Assembly (NCBI GenBank): GCA_038206135.1
Contig: JBBRBD010000001.1
Location: forward strand, 1,919 to 65,918
Length of the DNA stretch: 64,000 nt
Direction: 5' to 3'
DNA from: Patescibacteria group bacterium
GTDB taxonomy: Bacteria > Patescibacteriota > Microgenomatia > UBA8517
Of this stretch, positions 16,928-27,266 are shown in pieces (position 1 is the stretch's first letter; each line of letters opens with the position of its first letter). The notes beneath the pieces were generated by a model. That model made no database searches and was not told the DNA's origin. It saw nothing but the letters and a program-made list of their open reading frames with translations. A program made the translations under genes and the position numbers.

Positions 16928-18721
16928 ATGAAAAGCACAAAAGACTTCTTAAGGATTAGTATCGAAGTTTTTAAAATATACTTCCAAATCGCAAAGGGAC
17001 TTACGATCGGTGTGATTGTGACCAGTACTATAATGTCACTTCAATCACTAATAAATGCGTATGTTTTGTCTGTCCTTCTAGATAAACTTATAACTGCTGT
17101 ATCACTGAAACAAACAAATATATCAGAGTTATTTCCTATAATTTTTCTGTTTGGTTTAATAAATCTATTTATATTGGTAATTACAAATTTATATGATTAC
17201 TTTTTTACTTTACTCACGAGTCAGGATTCATACAAGCTACGCATTAAACAAATGGACTTTATGGTCGGTCTGGGAATTTCCCAGTTAGAGGATCCTGAGC
17301 TGACGAATAAATCGACGCGATATACGGAGTCTTATTCTAACTTGAGTAACCATTTGTCTACCTTAATTACACTTTTATCCAGTACAGTTTCAATTTTTAT
17401 TTCAGGAGCAATTCTTTTCAAGTTTAAACCTATCGTGATGATTTTATACTTTGTGTTATTTGTATTTAAATACATAAATAACTCTCGCTTCAGGACTCAA
17501 ATTTGGAGACTTATCCGAGAAAATACTGAAAACCGTAGAAATGCTTGGCAATCTGCAGCTTATCTCACAGACCCTTCTAGCGTGAAGGAAATGCTCATAT
17601 CGGGAGGGATAAAGTTTTTAAGAGCAAAGTTTTTTAACTATCAAGAATGGTATTACAAACAATATCGGAAAATACGAACCCGGTGGGCGGCATTTGAATT
17701 TACACACGCAGTTTTTGATATTTCATTATTAATCGTCGGTGTCTACTTCATTCTTGAAATGGGAGTGACAGGAGCAATTACAGTAGGGGCTATCGCGTTT
17801 TATTTAAATACGCTTAGAGGTTTTTCGGAGCAAATTGACAATCTTAGTTATAGAATAGGACGGGCAGTCGAGGTTAGTATTCGAGTTCAAGATTCTCTGG
17901 TTATGTTCGATGAGTACACACCGGAAATTGATGGTAGGAAAAAACTTTCAAATTCCACAAGACCATCTCTAATAACCGTAGAAAATTTAACTTTTTCATA
18001 TCCAAATTCCAATAGTCCAGTACTTCGAAACATCAACCTAACTGTTCACCCTGGTGAAAAAATTGCAATTGTAGGTGAAAATGGTGCAGGGAAAACGACA
18101 CTTATTAAAGTCATAAATCGGATTTACCGCCCTCAAAAGGGACGAGTTCTTTTGGATAATTTTGATATTCAAGATATCCGTATAAAATCTTGGTATCAGA
18201 AAATAGGAGTGCTTTTTCAAGACTACAATACATATCCTCATTTAAATGTTGAAGAAAATGTTGCGATTGGAAAAAATGCGATAGTAAGTATCAACAGAAA
18301 TAAGGTAGTTGAGTCTTTAACTAAAGCAGGAGTATATCCTGATATTGAGAAATACCCGAACCTTTTAAAACAGATATTGAGCGAAAAATATAAAGGGGGT
18401 ATACGTCCCTCTGGAGGACAATGGCAAAAGATTGCTATTGCACGTTTTTTTTACCGAAATGCTCCTATCCTAATTCTCGATGAGCCAACAGCTTCAATTG
18501 ATGCTATTTCTGAAGCACAGATATTTGGAAATATATACAAATTCATGAAAGGTAAGACTGTGATTATAATCTCACATCGCTTTAGCACGGTCAGAAATGC
18601 TGACCGAATATTGGTCCTCGATAAAGGTAAAATTATTGAAGACGGCTCACATGAGGAACTTTTGAAGCTTAACGGTAAGTATGCCCATTCATTTAAGCTT
18701 CAAGCAAAAGGGTATAGTTGA
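16928..18721 (+). CDS. ABC transporter, fused permease/ATPase exporter (MsbA-type, type I exporter)
   Basis: N-terminal 6-TM domain. Walker A GENGAGKTTL, signature SGGQWQKIAIARF, Walker B ILILDEPTASID, H-loop ISHR. Confidence 0.85.
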   Translation: MKSTKDFLRISIEVFKIYFQIAKGLTIGVIVTSTIMSLQSLINAYVLSVLLDKLITAVSLKQTNISELFPIIFLFGLINLFILVITNLYDYFFTLLTSQDSYKLRIKQMDFMVGLGISQLEDPELTNKSTRYTESYSNLSNHLSTLITLLSSTVSIFISGAILFKFKPIVMILYFVLFVFKYINNSRFRTQIWRLIRENTENRRNAWQSAAYLTDPSSVKEMLISGGIKFLRAKFFNYQEWYYKQYRKIRTRWAAFEFTHAVFDISLLIVGVYFILEMGVTGAITVGAIAFYLNTLRGFSEQIDNLSYRIGRAVEVSIRVQDSLVMFDEYTPEIDGRKKLSNSTRPSLITVENLTFSYPNSNSPVLRNINLTVHPGEKIAIVGENGAGKTTLIKVINRIYRPQKGRVLLDNFDIQDIRIKSWYQKIGVLFQDYNTYPHLNVEENVAIGKNAIVSINRNKVVESLTKAGVYPDIEKYPNLLKQILSEKYKGGIRPSGGQWQKIAIARFFYRNAPILILDEPTASIDAISEAQIFGNIYKFMKGKTVIIISHRFSTVRNADRILVLDKGKIIEDGSHEELLKLNGKYAHSFKLQAKGYS

Positions 18722-18748
18722 GGTTCAGTAAATGTTACAATTGAAGCT

Positions 18749-20254
18749 GTGAAACCGACAGCAGCCAAAGAATCAGTTGAAGTTCGAGACCCTGGTGAAA
18801 TTGAGATTGGTATTGAAGATGTAAAGGCGCGTTCTGTTCGTGGAATTGTGGTACTCACTGGTCGCACCTTTTTCTTGCAAATCATAGCTGTCGTTGCCTC
18901 AGGATTCATGTGGGCGTATTTGGGACCAAAAGAGCTTGGAATCTTTTTCATCCTTAATGCAGTAATTAACTTCTTAAATTATTTTTCTGACATCGGCTTG
19001 GCCGCAGCACTTATTCAAAAGAAAAATCACCCTACCGAGACTGATCTTAAAACAACTTTTTTTGTACAAGAACTCTTAGTTGTGGGAATTATTGGTATTG
19101 TAGTAGCATTTACACCTTATTTAACTCAACACTACTCTCTTGACCGTGATGGTGTGATTTTATTATATGCACTCGCGCTTTCGTTCTTCTTGTCATCACT
19201 GAAAAGTATTCCTTCCATTTTGCTTGAGCGAAAATTAGATTTTATCAAACTTACTTTCCCTCAGATTCTAGAACAAGTAGTGTATTACGTAATTTTAGTC
19301 ATTTTGGCGATACAAGGGTATGGCATTAGGAGTTTTACAATTGCTGTCATCGTTCGAGATATTGTTGGGTTAGTCAGTATTTATTGGTTGCAACCGTGGA
19401 AGCCTGGTTTCGCTTTTTCAAAAGAAACACTCAAGGATTTATTCAAATTTGGAATTCCTTATCAAGTAAACACTCTTTTAGCTGCGTTTAAAGACGATGG
19501 CATGACAATTATCTTGGGTGGGATATTAGGCCCTGCAGGCGTAGGTTTTTTGGGAACAGCCCAAAAATTTGCACGGTATCCACTTACTTTTTTCATGGAT
19601 ACTGTCACAAGAGTCACGTTTCCTGCATTTTCTCGTATGCAAGACTCACCTGATCATTTGGCACGAAGTGTAACTCGTTCCATATTCTTTATTTGTTTCC
19701 TGGTGTTCCCATCATTGGTTGGACTTGCAATACTTGCTCCATACATAGTGGAGCTCATTCCTCGATATAATCAATGGAAGCCGGCACTCATTGCGCTTAC
19801 GTTTGTATCAATTAACTTTATGTTTGCCGCAGCAACTACACAGCTTACAAATCTATTGAATGCAATTGGAAAAATAAAAATAACTTTTTTCTTGATGATT
19901 ATGTGGACAGCTCTTACCTGGGCTTTAATCCCATTCTTAGCAACAAAATTTGGAGCTGATGGTGCTGCTCTTGGATATGCACTTGTTGGTTCATCTTCAA
20001 TTGTAGCTATTTTTATAGCTAAGAAATACGTGGATTTTTCACTTTACCATTCTATTGGAAAGCCGCTACTCGGTACTGCAATAATGGCAACCGTAATGCT
20101 TATTATTAAAATGTTTTTGCCGGTAACCACGTACACAATGCTCATTTTGATGCTTGTTGGCGCAGTTGTATATGGAGTCGTAATGGTAGTAATTGTTGGG
20201 GCCTCACTTGTTGAAGATGCTAAAAAAAGTTTCAAAACAGTTATTGGGAAATAG
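18749..20254 (+). CDS. Wzx-type flippase / polysaccharide biosynthesis protein (MOP superfamily)
   Basis: Multi-TM with the N-terminal pattern of Wzx proteins (ASGFMWAYLGPKELGIFF). GTG start at 18749. Confidence 0.7.
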   Translation: MKPTAAKESVEVRDPGEIEIGIEDVKARSVRGIVVLTGRTFFLQIIAVVASGFMWAYLGPKELGIFFILNAVINFLNYFSDIGLAAALIQKKNHPTETDLKTTFFVQELLVVGIIGIVVAFTPYLTQHYSLDRDGVILLYALALSFFLSSLKSIPSILLERKLDFIKLTFPQILEQVVYYVILVILAIQGYGIRSFTIAVIVRDIVGLVSIYWLQPWKPGFAFSKETLKDLFKFGIPYQVNTLLAAFKDDGMTIILGGILGPAGVGFLGTAQKFARYPLTFFMDTVTRVTFPAFSRMQDSPDHLARSVTRSIFFICFLVFPSLVGLAILAPYIVELIPRYNQWKPALIALTFVSINFMFAAATTQLTNLLNAIGKIKITFFLMIMWTALTWALIPFLATKFGADGAALGYALVGSSSIVAIFIAKKYVDFSLYHSIGKPLLGTAIMATVMLIIKMFLPVTTYTMLILMLVGAVVYGVVMVVIVGASLVEDAKKSFKTVIGK

Positions 20255-21956
20255 AAATATTTTACTGCTCGTTTTAATTGGGAGTTTAAGTTGGATGATT
20301 ACGATGCTTAAAAACGGCTTGCCACTTCCTAATGGTGACTTGGGATATTGGGGAGCGAATGCACATGATGGTATTTGGCATTTGGCTCTCGCCGGTTCGC
20401 TCTCGAGAGGTTCGATTCTGATGCCAGTTTTTGCAGGAAGCGGGCTGCAAAATTATCATATCGGCTTCGACTTAATACTTGCATTGTTATATAAAGCTAC
20501 TTCAATTCCTATTTCATTTTGGTACTTTCAAATTATCCCAATAATTCTCGCAGTAGGTATTGGAATATTGACTTATAAATTTGTGCTTCTTTGGCAGAAA
20601 TCTAAAACAGCAGCATTTTGGAGTACTTTTTTTGTTTATTTTGGTGGTAGTTTTGGATATATTGTGACGTTTCTTCGAGGTGAAGGGATTGGAGGAGAAT
20701 CATTGTTTTGGAGTCAGCAGTCAATCTCAACGCTTATTAACCCGCCATTTGCTTTATCACTTATCATTCTTCTTGCTGCACTTATCTGTTTGATCGAATT
20801 CCAAAGGCTAAACTCCAAAAAATATTTTTTACTGAGCGTACTTTTGTTCTCGTCTCTATTATCTGTTAAAGCATATGCAGGCGTACTTGGTTTAACAACA
20901 TTATTCCTTGTAAGTGTTTATGTATTTATACAAACGAAAACGTTCAAAATATTGTTACTTTGGATTGTTTCATCTGTTGTATCTCTTATTTTATTTTTAC
21001 CTTTAAACAAAAGTGCAGGCCAGTTGGTGGTTTTTCAACCTGGATGGTTTTTGGAAACGATGTTAGCTTTATCAGATAGGTTTTATTGGCCAAAACTTTT
21101 TGAAGCTATTATTAATTGGAGAGCTGCACATATTTACTACAAAGCAGCAGTTGGATACTCTGTTGCATTTATTGTCTTTCTAATTGGTAATCTTGGATCA
21201 CGAGTTTTGTTTGTTCTTTTAATTGAACCGTCTACTTTAAAAATAAAATCTCTATTAAAATTGTCTACCGTTACTTTGTTTTTATTGCTTTTTGGATTAG
21301 GCGGAATTATTGCTCCAATGCTTTATTTGCAAACAGGTACTGCTTGGAACACAATTCAATTCTTTTATTATGCGTTGTTTGTTGGTGCATTGTTTTCGGG
21401 ACTTACCATAAGACGTTTTCTTGAAAGCGGTTACTCTCATGTATTTAAACGTAGTGTGATTTTTTTTATTATCTTGTTAACTATTCCAACATCAGTCTCA
21501 ACATTACTTCAAGTATATATTCCAGGAAGACCCCCAGCACGTCTCTCAATCTATGAGCAACAAGCATTAGCATTCCTAAAAACTCAACCTCAAGGTATCG
21601 TTCTGACTTTTCCATATGATCCACTCCTCGCTAAGGCTGCAATTTCAAATCCACCGAGACCTATCTATTTGTATGAGTCGACTGCCTATGTTTCTGCATA
21701 CGGTAATCATGACGTTTATTTAGAAGATGAAGTAAATCTTACAATTATGAATTACCAGTGGAAAGAAAGAAGAAAAGTACTTGATGACATTTACGCTTCA
21801 ACTGATCAAAGGAAAGTTTTTAATTTCTTTAGAGATAATAAGATTAGTTATGTTTATTGGGTAAAACCTCAATTTACGCAAATAGGTGATTTGCAGTTAC
21901 AGCTAAAAAATATTTTTGAAAATAAAGAAACAATAATTTTTGAAGTGATAAAATAG
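20193..21956 (+). CDS. large polytopic membrane protein, unclassified (GT-C/polymerase-like candidate)
   Basis: At least 12 TM segments, a loop with GANAHDGIWHLALAGSL, and a C-terminal soluble domain. Start uncertain: 20193 overlaps the upstream gene by 62 nt, and a TTG or ATG 20298 are alternatives. Confidence 0.5.
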   Translation: MLGPHLLKMLKKVSKQLLGNRNILLLVLIGSLSWMITMLKNGLPLPNGDLGYWGANAHDGIWHLALAGSLSRGSILMPVFAGSGLQNYHIGFDLILALLYKATSIPISFWYFQIIPIILAVGIGILTYKFVLLWQKSKTAAFWSTFFVYFGGSFGYIVTFLRGEGIGGESLFWSQQSISTLINPPFALSLIILLAALICLIEFQRLNSKKYFLLSVLLFSSLLSVKAYAGVLGLTTLFLVSVYVFIQTKTFKILLLWIVSSVVSLILFLPLNKSAGQLVVFQPGWFLETMLALSDRFYWPKLFEAIINWRAAHIYYKAAVGYSVAFIVFLIGNLGSRVLFVLLIEPSTLKIKSLLKLSTVTLFLLLFGLGGIIAPMLYLQTGTAWNTIQFFYYALFVGALFSGLTIRRFLESGYSHVFKRSVIFFIILLTIPTSVSTLLQVYIPGRPPARLSIYEQQALAFLKTQPQGIVLTFPYDPLLAKAAISNPPRPIYLYESTAYVSAYGNHDVYLEDEVNLTIMNYQWKERRKVLDDIYASTDQRKVFNFFRDNKISYVYWVKPQFTQIGDLQLQLKNIFENKETIIFEVIK

Positions 21957-21962
21957 TAATAT

Positions 21963-22859
21963 ATGAAAATCTCTGTAGTAATCAACACTTTGAATGAAGA
22001 ACAAAATATTGAACGTGCAATAAAATCTGTAAAAGGTTTTGCTACTGAAATTATCGTTGTTGATATGCAAAGTGTGGATAAAACAGTTAGTATCGCTAAA
22101 AAAATGGGTGCCAAAGTTTTTAAACACAAGCCCATGAATTATGTTGAACCTGCTCGTAATTTCGCAATATCTAAAACAAAAGGCGAGTGGATTTTCATAC
22201 TTGATGCGGACGAAGAAGCAACTTTAGAACTCATAAAAGAGTTACAACGAATTGTCGATTTAGATATTGCTGATTTCGTTCGAATTCCTCGTAAAAATCT
22301 TATTTTCGGTAAATGGATGATGTATGCTCGCTGGTGGCCTGACTATAATATACGCTTTTTTAAGAAAAACTCTGTTACATGGGAAGATGAAATTCATTCA
22401 ATTCCTATAACAGAAGGTAGAGAATACAATATTCTTGATCATGAGAAATTTGCATTGGTTCACCATCACTATGAAACTATTGAACAATACTTGGAGCGAA
22501 TGAATAGATATACGACAGTACAGTCACAAGAGCTTCTCTTAAGTGATAGGAAAGTTACACTTTCAGATTTAATTCGTAAACCAACAAATGAATTCTTGAG
22601 CAGATATTTTGCAGGTGAAGGATACCGAGACGGTATTCACGGTCTTGTCATCTCAAGTTTACAAGGTCTTTCTGAACTTGCAGTCTATGCTAAGCTTTGG
22701 CAATTACAAGGTTTTAAGGAAAAGCAGTTTACATTAAACGAAGTTATATTAGAAATCACTGAATCTCAAAAAGACACGAATTATTGGAAAGCTCATTCTC
22801 AGCTTCAAGAAAAATCGACTTTAAAAACAAGGCTAAAAAGAAAATTTAAATTACAATGA
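21963..22859 (+). CDS. GT2 glycosyltransferase (paralog group with W-W-P-D-Y motif)
   Basis: ISVVINTLNEEQNI, IIVVDMQSVDKT, ILDADEEAT, ARWWPDY. Paralogous to the 23769 and 38584 products. Confidence 0.8.
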   Translation: MKISVVINTLNEEQNIERAIKSVKGFATEIIVVDMQSVDKTVSIAKKMGAKVFKHKPMNYVEPARNFAISKTKGEWIFILDADEEATLELIKELQRIVDLDIADFVRIPRKNLIFGKWMMYARWWPDYNIRFFKKNSVTWEDEIHSIPITEGREYNILDHEKFALVHHHYETIEQYLERMNRYTTVQSQELLLSDRKVTLSDLIRKPTNEFLSRYFAGEGYRDGIHGLVISSLQGLSELAVYAKLWQLQGFKEKQFTLNEVILEITESQKDTNYWKAHSQLQEKSTLKTRLKRKFKLQ

Positions 22860-22860
22860 T

Positions 22861-23781
22861 ATGCCGAAAGTCTCAATTGTAATATTGAATTGGAATGGGT
22901 ATAAAGATACGATTGAACTTTTCAAGTCTGTAAAACTTCTAAATCACTCAAATTGCGAGATTAACACAATCATAGTAGACAATGCTTCAACAAATGAATC
23001 TATTACAAAAATAAAATCTGCAATTAGTTCTCAGAAAGCTTTCGAGCTTATTCAAAACCAAAGTAATTTTGGATTTGCAGGCGGAAATAATATTGGAATT
23101 AAGAAAGCGATATCTCTTGGAAGTGATTATGTCATGGTGTTAAATAACGATACTATTTTAGATTCAAATATTGTTTTTAACTTAGTATCGTTTATGGAAA
23201 ATAAACCTCAAGTAGGGGCCGCCTCACCCAAAATGTATTTCGCAAAAGGTTTTGAATTTCACAAAAATCGATATAATACAAATGAACTCGGAAAAGTGAT
23301 TTGGTATGCAGGTGGTGATATCGATTGGAAGAATATGTATGGGAGTAATCACGGAGTAGATCAATTTGATACAGGACAGTTTGATCAACCACTAGAAACA
23401 GAATTTGGTTCAGGAGCATGTCTGTTTCTGAGAAGTTCAGTTTTAAAGGATGTTGGATTGTTTAATGAAAAGTATTTTTTGTATTTGGAAGACACCGACC
23501 TGTGTATCCGAATACGACAACGTGGTTACCTGATATATTTTGTACCTTCAGCTATTTTGTGGCACAAAGTTTCACAGAGCTCAGGGATAGGGAGCTTATT
23601 AAATGATTATTTTATTACTCGCAATCGGTTGCTTTTTGCCTCAAAGTATGCCACGCTTCGAACAAACATAGCGTTATTTAAAGAAAGTATTCGCTTTTTG
23701 ATTAATGGTCGTGAATGGCAAAAGAAAGGAGTCATGGATTATTATCTTAAAAAATTTGGTAAAGGTTCATGGCAGAATTAA
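22861..23781 (+). CDS. GT2 glycosyltransferase (rhamnosyltransferase/WbbL-like subgroup)
   Basis: VSIVILNWNGYKDT, IIVDNASTNES, GFAGGNNIGI, LEDTDLCIR. Confidence 0.85.
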   Translation: MPKVSIVILNWNGYKDTIELFKSVKLLNHSNCEINTIIVDNASTNESITKIKSAISSQKAFELIQNQSNFGFAGGNNIGIKKAISLGSDYVMVLNNDTILDSNIVFNLVSFMENKPQVGAASPKMYFAKGFEFHKNRYNTNELGKVIWYAGGDIDWKNMYGSNHGVDQFDTGQFDQPLETEFGSGACLFLRSSVLKDVGLFNEKYFLYLEDTDLCIRIRQRGYLIYFVPSAILWHKVSQSSGIGSLLNDYFITRNRLLFASKYATLRTNIALFKESIRFLINGREWQKKGVMDYYLKKFGKGSWQN

Positions 23782-24554
23782 TGAAGAAAAACACAATAAG
23801 TGCAATTATCATTGTAAAAAATGAAGAAAAAATGTTACCTTCGTGCCTAAAAACGCTATTGTGGGTTGATGAAATATTAGTTATAGACACAGGTTCAACT
23901 GACAAAACGATTAAAATTGCAAAAAAACATGGTGCCCGGGTTGTTGAATACACAAACGGAAAATCATTTTCTGATTGGCGAAACTGTGGTTTGAAAGAGG
24001 CGAAAGGAAATTGGGTTTTCTATATCGATGCGGACGAAAGAATATCTGAAAAACTTAAAAATGAGATATCAATAATTGTCTCTAAGAATGGAGAACACGG
24101 AGTATTTGCAATACCTCGATCAAATATTATTTTTAAAAAGGAATTTCGCCACGGCGGCTGGTGGCCCGACTATGTAAAACGTTTCTATAAAAAAACTGCA
24201 TTACAAGGCTGGGTTGGTGATCTACATGAAGAACCTATTATTAATGAACCATTTATTCATCTTAAAAATCATTTGATACATGACAAGCACGAAACTGTTT
24301 TTGAGATGGTTGAGAAAACTAATATCTGGTCTGCAATAGAAGGAAGGCTTATGTATGATGCTAATCACCCTCAAATGAATATTTTAAGGTTCATCACTGC
24401 AATGTGGCGAGAATTCTGGAAACGTATGATTGTCGAACGTGCGTTCTTAGACGGGAAAGAAGGAATTGTAATGGCAATTTATCAGGTTTTCAGTAGATAC
24501 TGTTCATATGCTAAATTGTGGGAACTACAAATTTCAAACAACAAACAAAAATGA
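23769..24554 (+). CDS. GT2 glycosyltransferase (W-W-P-D-Y paralog group)
   Basis: ISAIIIVKNEEKML, ILVIDTGSTDKT, YIDADERIS, GGWWPDY. Confidence 0.8.
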   Translation: MAELMKKNTISAIIIVKNEEKMLPSCLKTLLWVDEILVIDTGSTDKTIKIAKKHGARVVEYTNGKSFSDWRNCGLKEAKGNWVFYIDADERISEKLKNEISIIVSKNGEHGVFAIPRSNIIFKKEFRHGGWWPDYVKRFYKKTALQGWVGDLHEEPIINEPFIHLKNHLIHDKHETVFEMVEKTNIWSAIEGRLMYDANHPQMNILRFITAMWREFWKRMIVERAFLDGKEGIVMAIYQVFSRYCSYAKLWELQISNNKQK

Positions 24555-25576
24555 GAGCAGCACTTTACACTCCTTACTTAGATACCCTCGGTGGTGGTGA
24601 GAGATACTTGCTATCAATTGCACGGGTTCTTTTGGAAGAGAAATGGAATGTAGATATTGAAACAAATGCTCCGGACTTGATACAAAAGGCTTCTCAAAGG
24701 TTTGGCTTTTCGCTAGATGGTTTAAAAGCTGTGCAATCTATAAATCGCGGTGAGGGATATGACCTCTGCATATGGCTTTCTGATGGAAGTATCCCGACTC
24801 TCAGATCGAGAAAAAACATTCTTCATTTTCAAAGACCTTTCCATGATGTTGATGGAAAATCACTTGTTTCAAGGATGAAATTTTTTAGAATATCAAATGT
24901 CATTGTAAACTCAGAATTTACAAAGAAATATATTGACGATGAATTCCCTAAACAGAGTATTGTATTGTACCCACCAGTTGATGTGACAGAATTCATAAGT
25001 AAGCCTAAAGAAAATTTAATATTATATGTAGGTCGTTTTAGTCAATTGGAGCAGGCAAAACGGCAAGATGTAGTTCTTACAGCTTTCTTGAAATTTTATA
25101 AGTTTCATTTGGGGAATTGGAAACTTGTTTTGGCAGGAAGTAGTGATATTGGACGGACAGACTCAGTCGATATTTTGAAAGAACATTCTAAAAAAGATTC
25201 AGTTGAAATACTTGAAAACCCGTCTTTCTCGAAAATCAAAAGTCTTTATGGAAAGGCATCATTTTTTTGGTCTGCTGCAGGCTATGGTGTAAATCAGAAG
25301 CTTGAACCTCAACGTTTAGAGCATTTTGGCATGACTGTAGTTGAGGCAATGGCCGCCGGATGTGTTCCAATCATCTACAATGGTGGAGGACATCGAGAAA
25401 CCGTTGTGAATGGTGTTAATGGATATTTGTGGGATAACCCACTGGACATGATTTCATATACAAAAAAATTAATTCAAGATAAAACACTTCAGAAAGTAGT
25501 ATCTGAGGAAGCTAAACTTAGTTCGAAGAAATATTCATATGAGGTTTTTAAAAAACATTTTCTTCAAATTATATGA
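24551..25576 (+). CDS. GT4 glycosyltransferase (group 1)
   Basis: GGGERY near the N-terminus and C-terminal EHFGMTVVEAMAAGCVPI (GT4 E-x7-E region). ATG 24551 overlaps the upstream stop (ATGA). Confidence 0.8.
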   Translation: MRAALYTPYLDTLGGGERYLLSIARVLLEEKWNVDIETNAPDLIQKASQRFGFSLDGLKAVQSINRGEGYDLCIWLSDGSIPTLRSRKNILHFQRPFHDVDGKSLVSRMKFFRISNVIVNSEFTKKYIDDEFPKQSIVLYPPVDVTEFISKPKENLILYVGRFSQLEQAKRQDVVLTAFLKFYKFHLGNWKLVLAGSSDIGRTDSVDILKEHSKKDSVEILENPSFSKIKSLYGKASFFWSAAGYGVNQKLEPQRLEHFGMTVVEAMAAGCVPIIYNGGGHRETVVNGVNGYLWDNPLDMISYTKKLIQDKTLQKVVSEEAKLSSKKYSYEVFKKHFLQII

Positions 25577-26481
25577 ACAAATTAACTGTCTCTATTATTA
25601 TTCCTAATTGGAACGGAAAACAGTTATTAGAAAAAAATCTACCTTTTGTTATCGAAGCATCTAAATCTAAAAAAAATTCAATATTAGAGATTATTGTTGT
25701 TGACGATGCTTCAACTGATGAATCATTTCAGTTTTTACAGAAAACATACAAAAGACAGATCCGAATAATCAAACATAAAAAAAACTCTGGATTTGCTTCT
25801 GCAGTTAACACGGGTGCAAGACATGCGAAAGGGACGCTACTTTGTCTATTGAATTCAGATGTAGTGCCATCGAAAAACTTCTTAGTAAATACCGTAAGTC
25901 ATTTTAATGAATCAAACATCTTTGCTGTAGTTTTACACGAAAGCTCATATGGACCGGCAACTGGTACATTTACAAATGGATATTTATCTCATAAAGGTAT
26001 GAAAGAATCGAACACGCAACAGTATTCATTTTGGGCAAGTGGTGGCAGTGCCGTTTTTAGTAGGAAACTCTGGTGGGAACTTGGTGGTCTCGACGCTGAT
26101 CTTTTTACACCTTTTTATTGGGAGGATGTTGATTTGGGATATCGAGCTTGGAAGCGAGGTTATAAGATTCTTTGGGAACCAAGTGCACATGTATCTCACG
26201 AACATGAAGGCACAATAAATACAAGCTCATTTCAAAAGCGATATATGGATCAAATAAAGGAACGGAATGAACTACTGTTTCTTTGGAAAAACATTACCAG
26301 CGAGAAAATGTTTCAAAAACATATTCTTGGAATGTTAAATAGATGTATACATCATCCCGGATATCTGAGAATAGTAATTATGGCTCTTAAAAAAGGATCG
26401 TCGGTATTGAAAAAAAGAAGAAAAGAAATAAAGGAAACAACAGTCTCAGATGAAGCAGTTTTTACATTGTTTAATTCATGA
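25573..26481 (+). CDS. GT2 glycosyltransferase
   Basis: VSIIIPNWNGKQLL, IIVVDDASTDES, GFASAVNTGA, WEDVDLGYR. ATGA overlap with the upstream gene. Confidence 0.85.
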   Translation: MNKLTVSIIIPNWNGKQLLEKNLPFVIEASKSKKNSILEIIVVDDASTDESFQFLQKTYKRQIRIIKHKKNSGFASAVNTGARHAKGTLLCLLNSDVVPSKNFLVNTVSHFNESNIFAVVLHESSYGPATGTFTNGYLSHKGMKESNTQQYSFWASGGSAVFSRKLWWELGGLDADLFTPFYWEDVDLGYRAWKRGYKILWEPSAHVSHEHEGTINTSSFQKRYMDQIKERNELLFLWKNITSEKMFQKHILGMLNRCIHHPGYLRIVIMALKKGSSVLKKRRKEIKETTVSDEAVFTLFNS

Positions 26482-27266
26482 AACTTTCAATTATTATTGT
26501 TTCATATAACACTTCAGAGTTTACTGTTTCTTGCATCCGTTCAATTGAGAAATTTTCTCCAAAATGTACATATGAAATTATTGTAGTTGATAACGCTTCT
26601 ACCGACAAAAGCGTTGAGAATTTAATGAAACTAGGTAGTAAGATTGTATTAATCCAAAATAGTGAAAATCTAGGGTTTTCTAAAGCCAATAATATTGGAA
26701 TTCGAAAATCAAAAGGAGAATATGTTTTCTTATTAAATTCAGACACAATACTTGTAGAACAAATTTTTGATGAGCTCATTGCAATTTCAGTAAGTGAAAA
26801 AAAAGCTGGAGTTGTTGCACCACAACTGTTAAATCTGGATAAATCAATACAATCATCCATTTATCGTTTACCAACAATTGTGAATGCTATGAAGCAATAT
26901 TGGTTTGGCATGAAAAATGTATTAGATAAATATGCAGTGAAGGCGGGAAAACCACTTATTGTAGAGTCTGTTGTAGGGGCTGCTTTTTTGATTACTCCTG
27001 AAGCTAGAAAGAAGGTGGGCTTATTAGATGAGAAATATTTTATGTATTTCGAGGATTTAGATTATTGTAGAGCTATCAATTCTTCTGGGTTATTTATATA
27101 TTATGTTCCCAATATTCACATTGTGCACATTCACGGTGCAAGTGGAACTAGTCGGGTGAATGATCTTCTTGTTGAATCTAGTAAAAAATATCTTGGATTT
27201 GGCTATTATTTTTACACTTTTGTGCTTTGGAGCGGACAAAAGTTACAACTTCTCAAATTAGTATGA
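26478..27266 (+). CDS. GT2 glycosyltransferase
   Basis: LSIIIVSYNTSEFT, IIVVDNASTDKS, GFSKANNIGI, FEDLDYCRA. ATGA overlap with the upstream gene. Confidence 0.85.
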   Translation: MKLSIIIVSYNTSEFTVSCIRSIEKFSPKCTYEIIVVDNASTDKSVENLMKLGSKIVLIQNSENLGFSKANNIGIRKSKGEYVFLLNSDTILVEQIFDELIAISVSEKKAGVVAPQLLNLDKSIQSSIYRLPTIVNAMKQYWFGMKNVLDKYAVKAGKPLIVESVVGAAFLITPEARKKVGLLDEKYFMYFEDLDYCRAINSSGLFIYYVPNIHIVHIHGASGTSRVNDLLVESSKKYLGFGYYFYTFVLWSGQKLQLLKLV

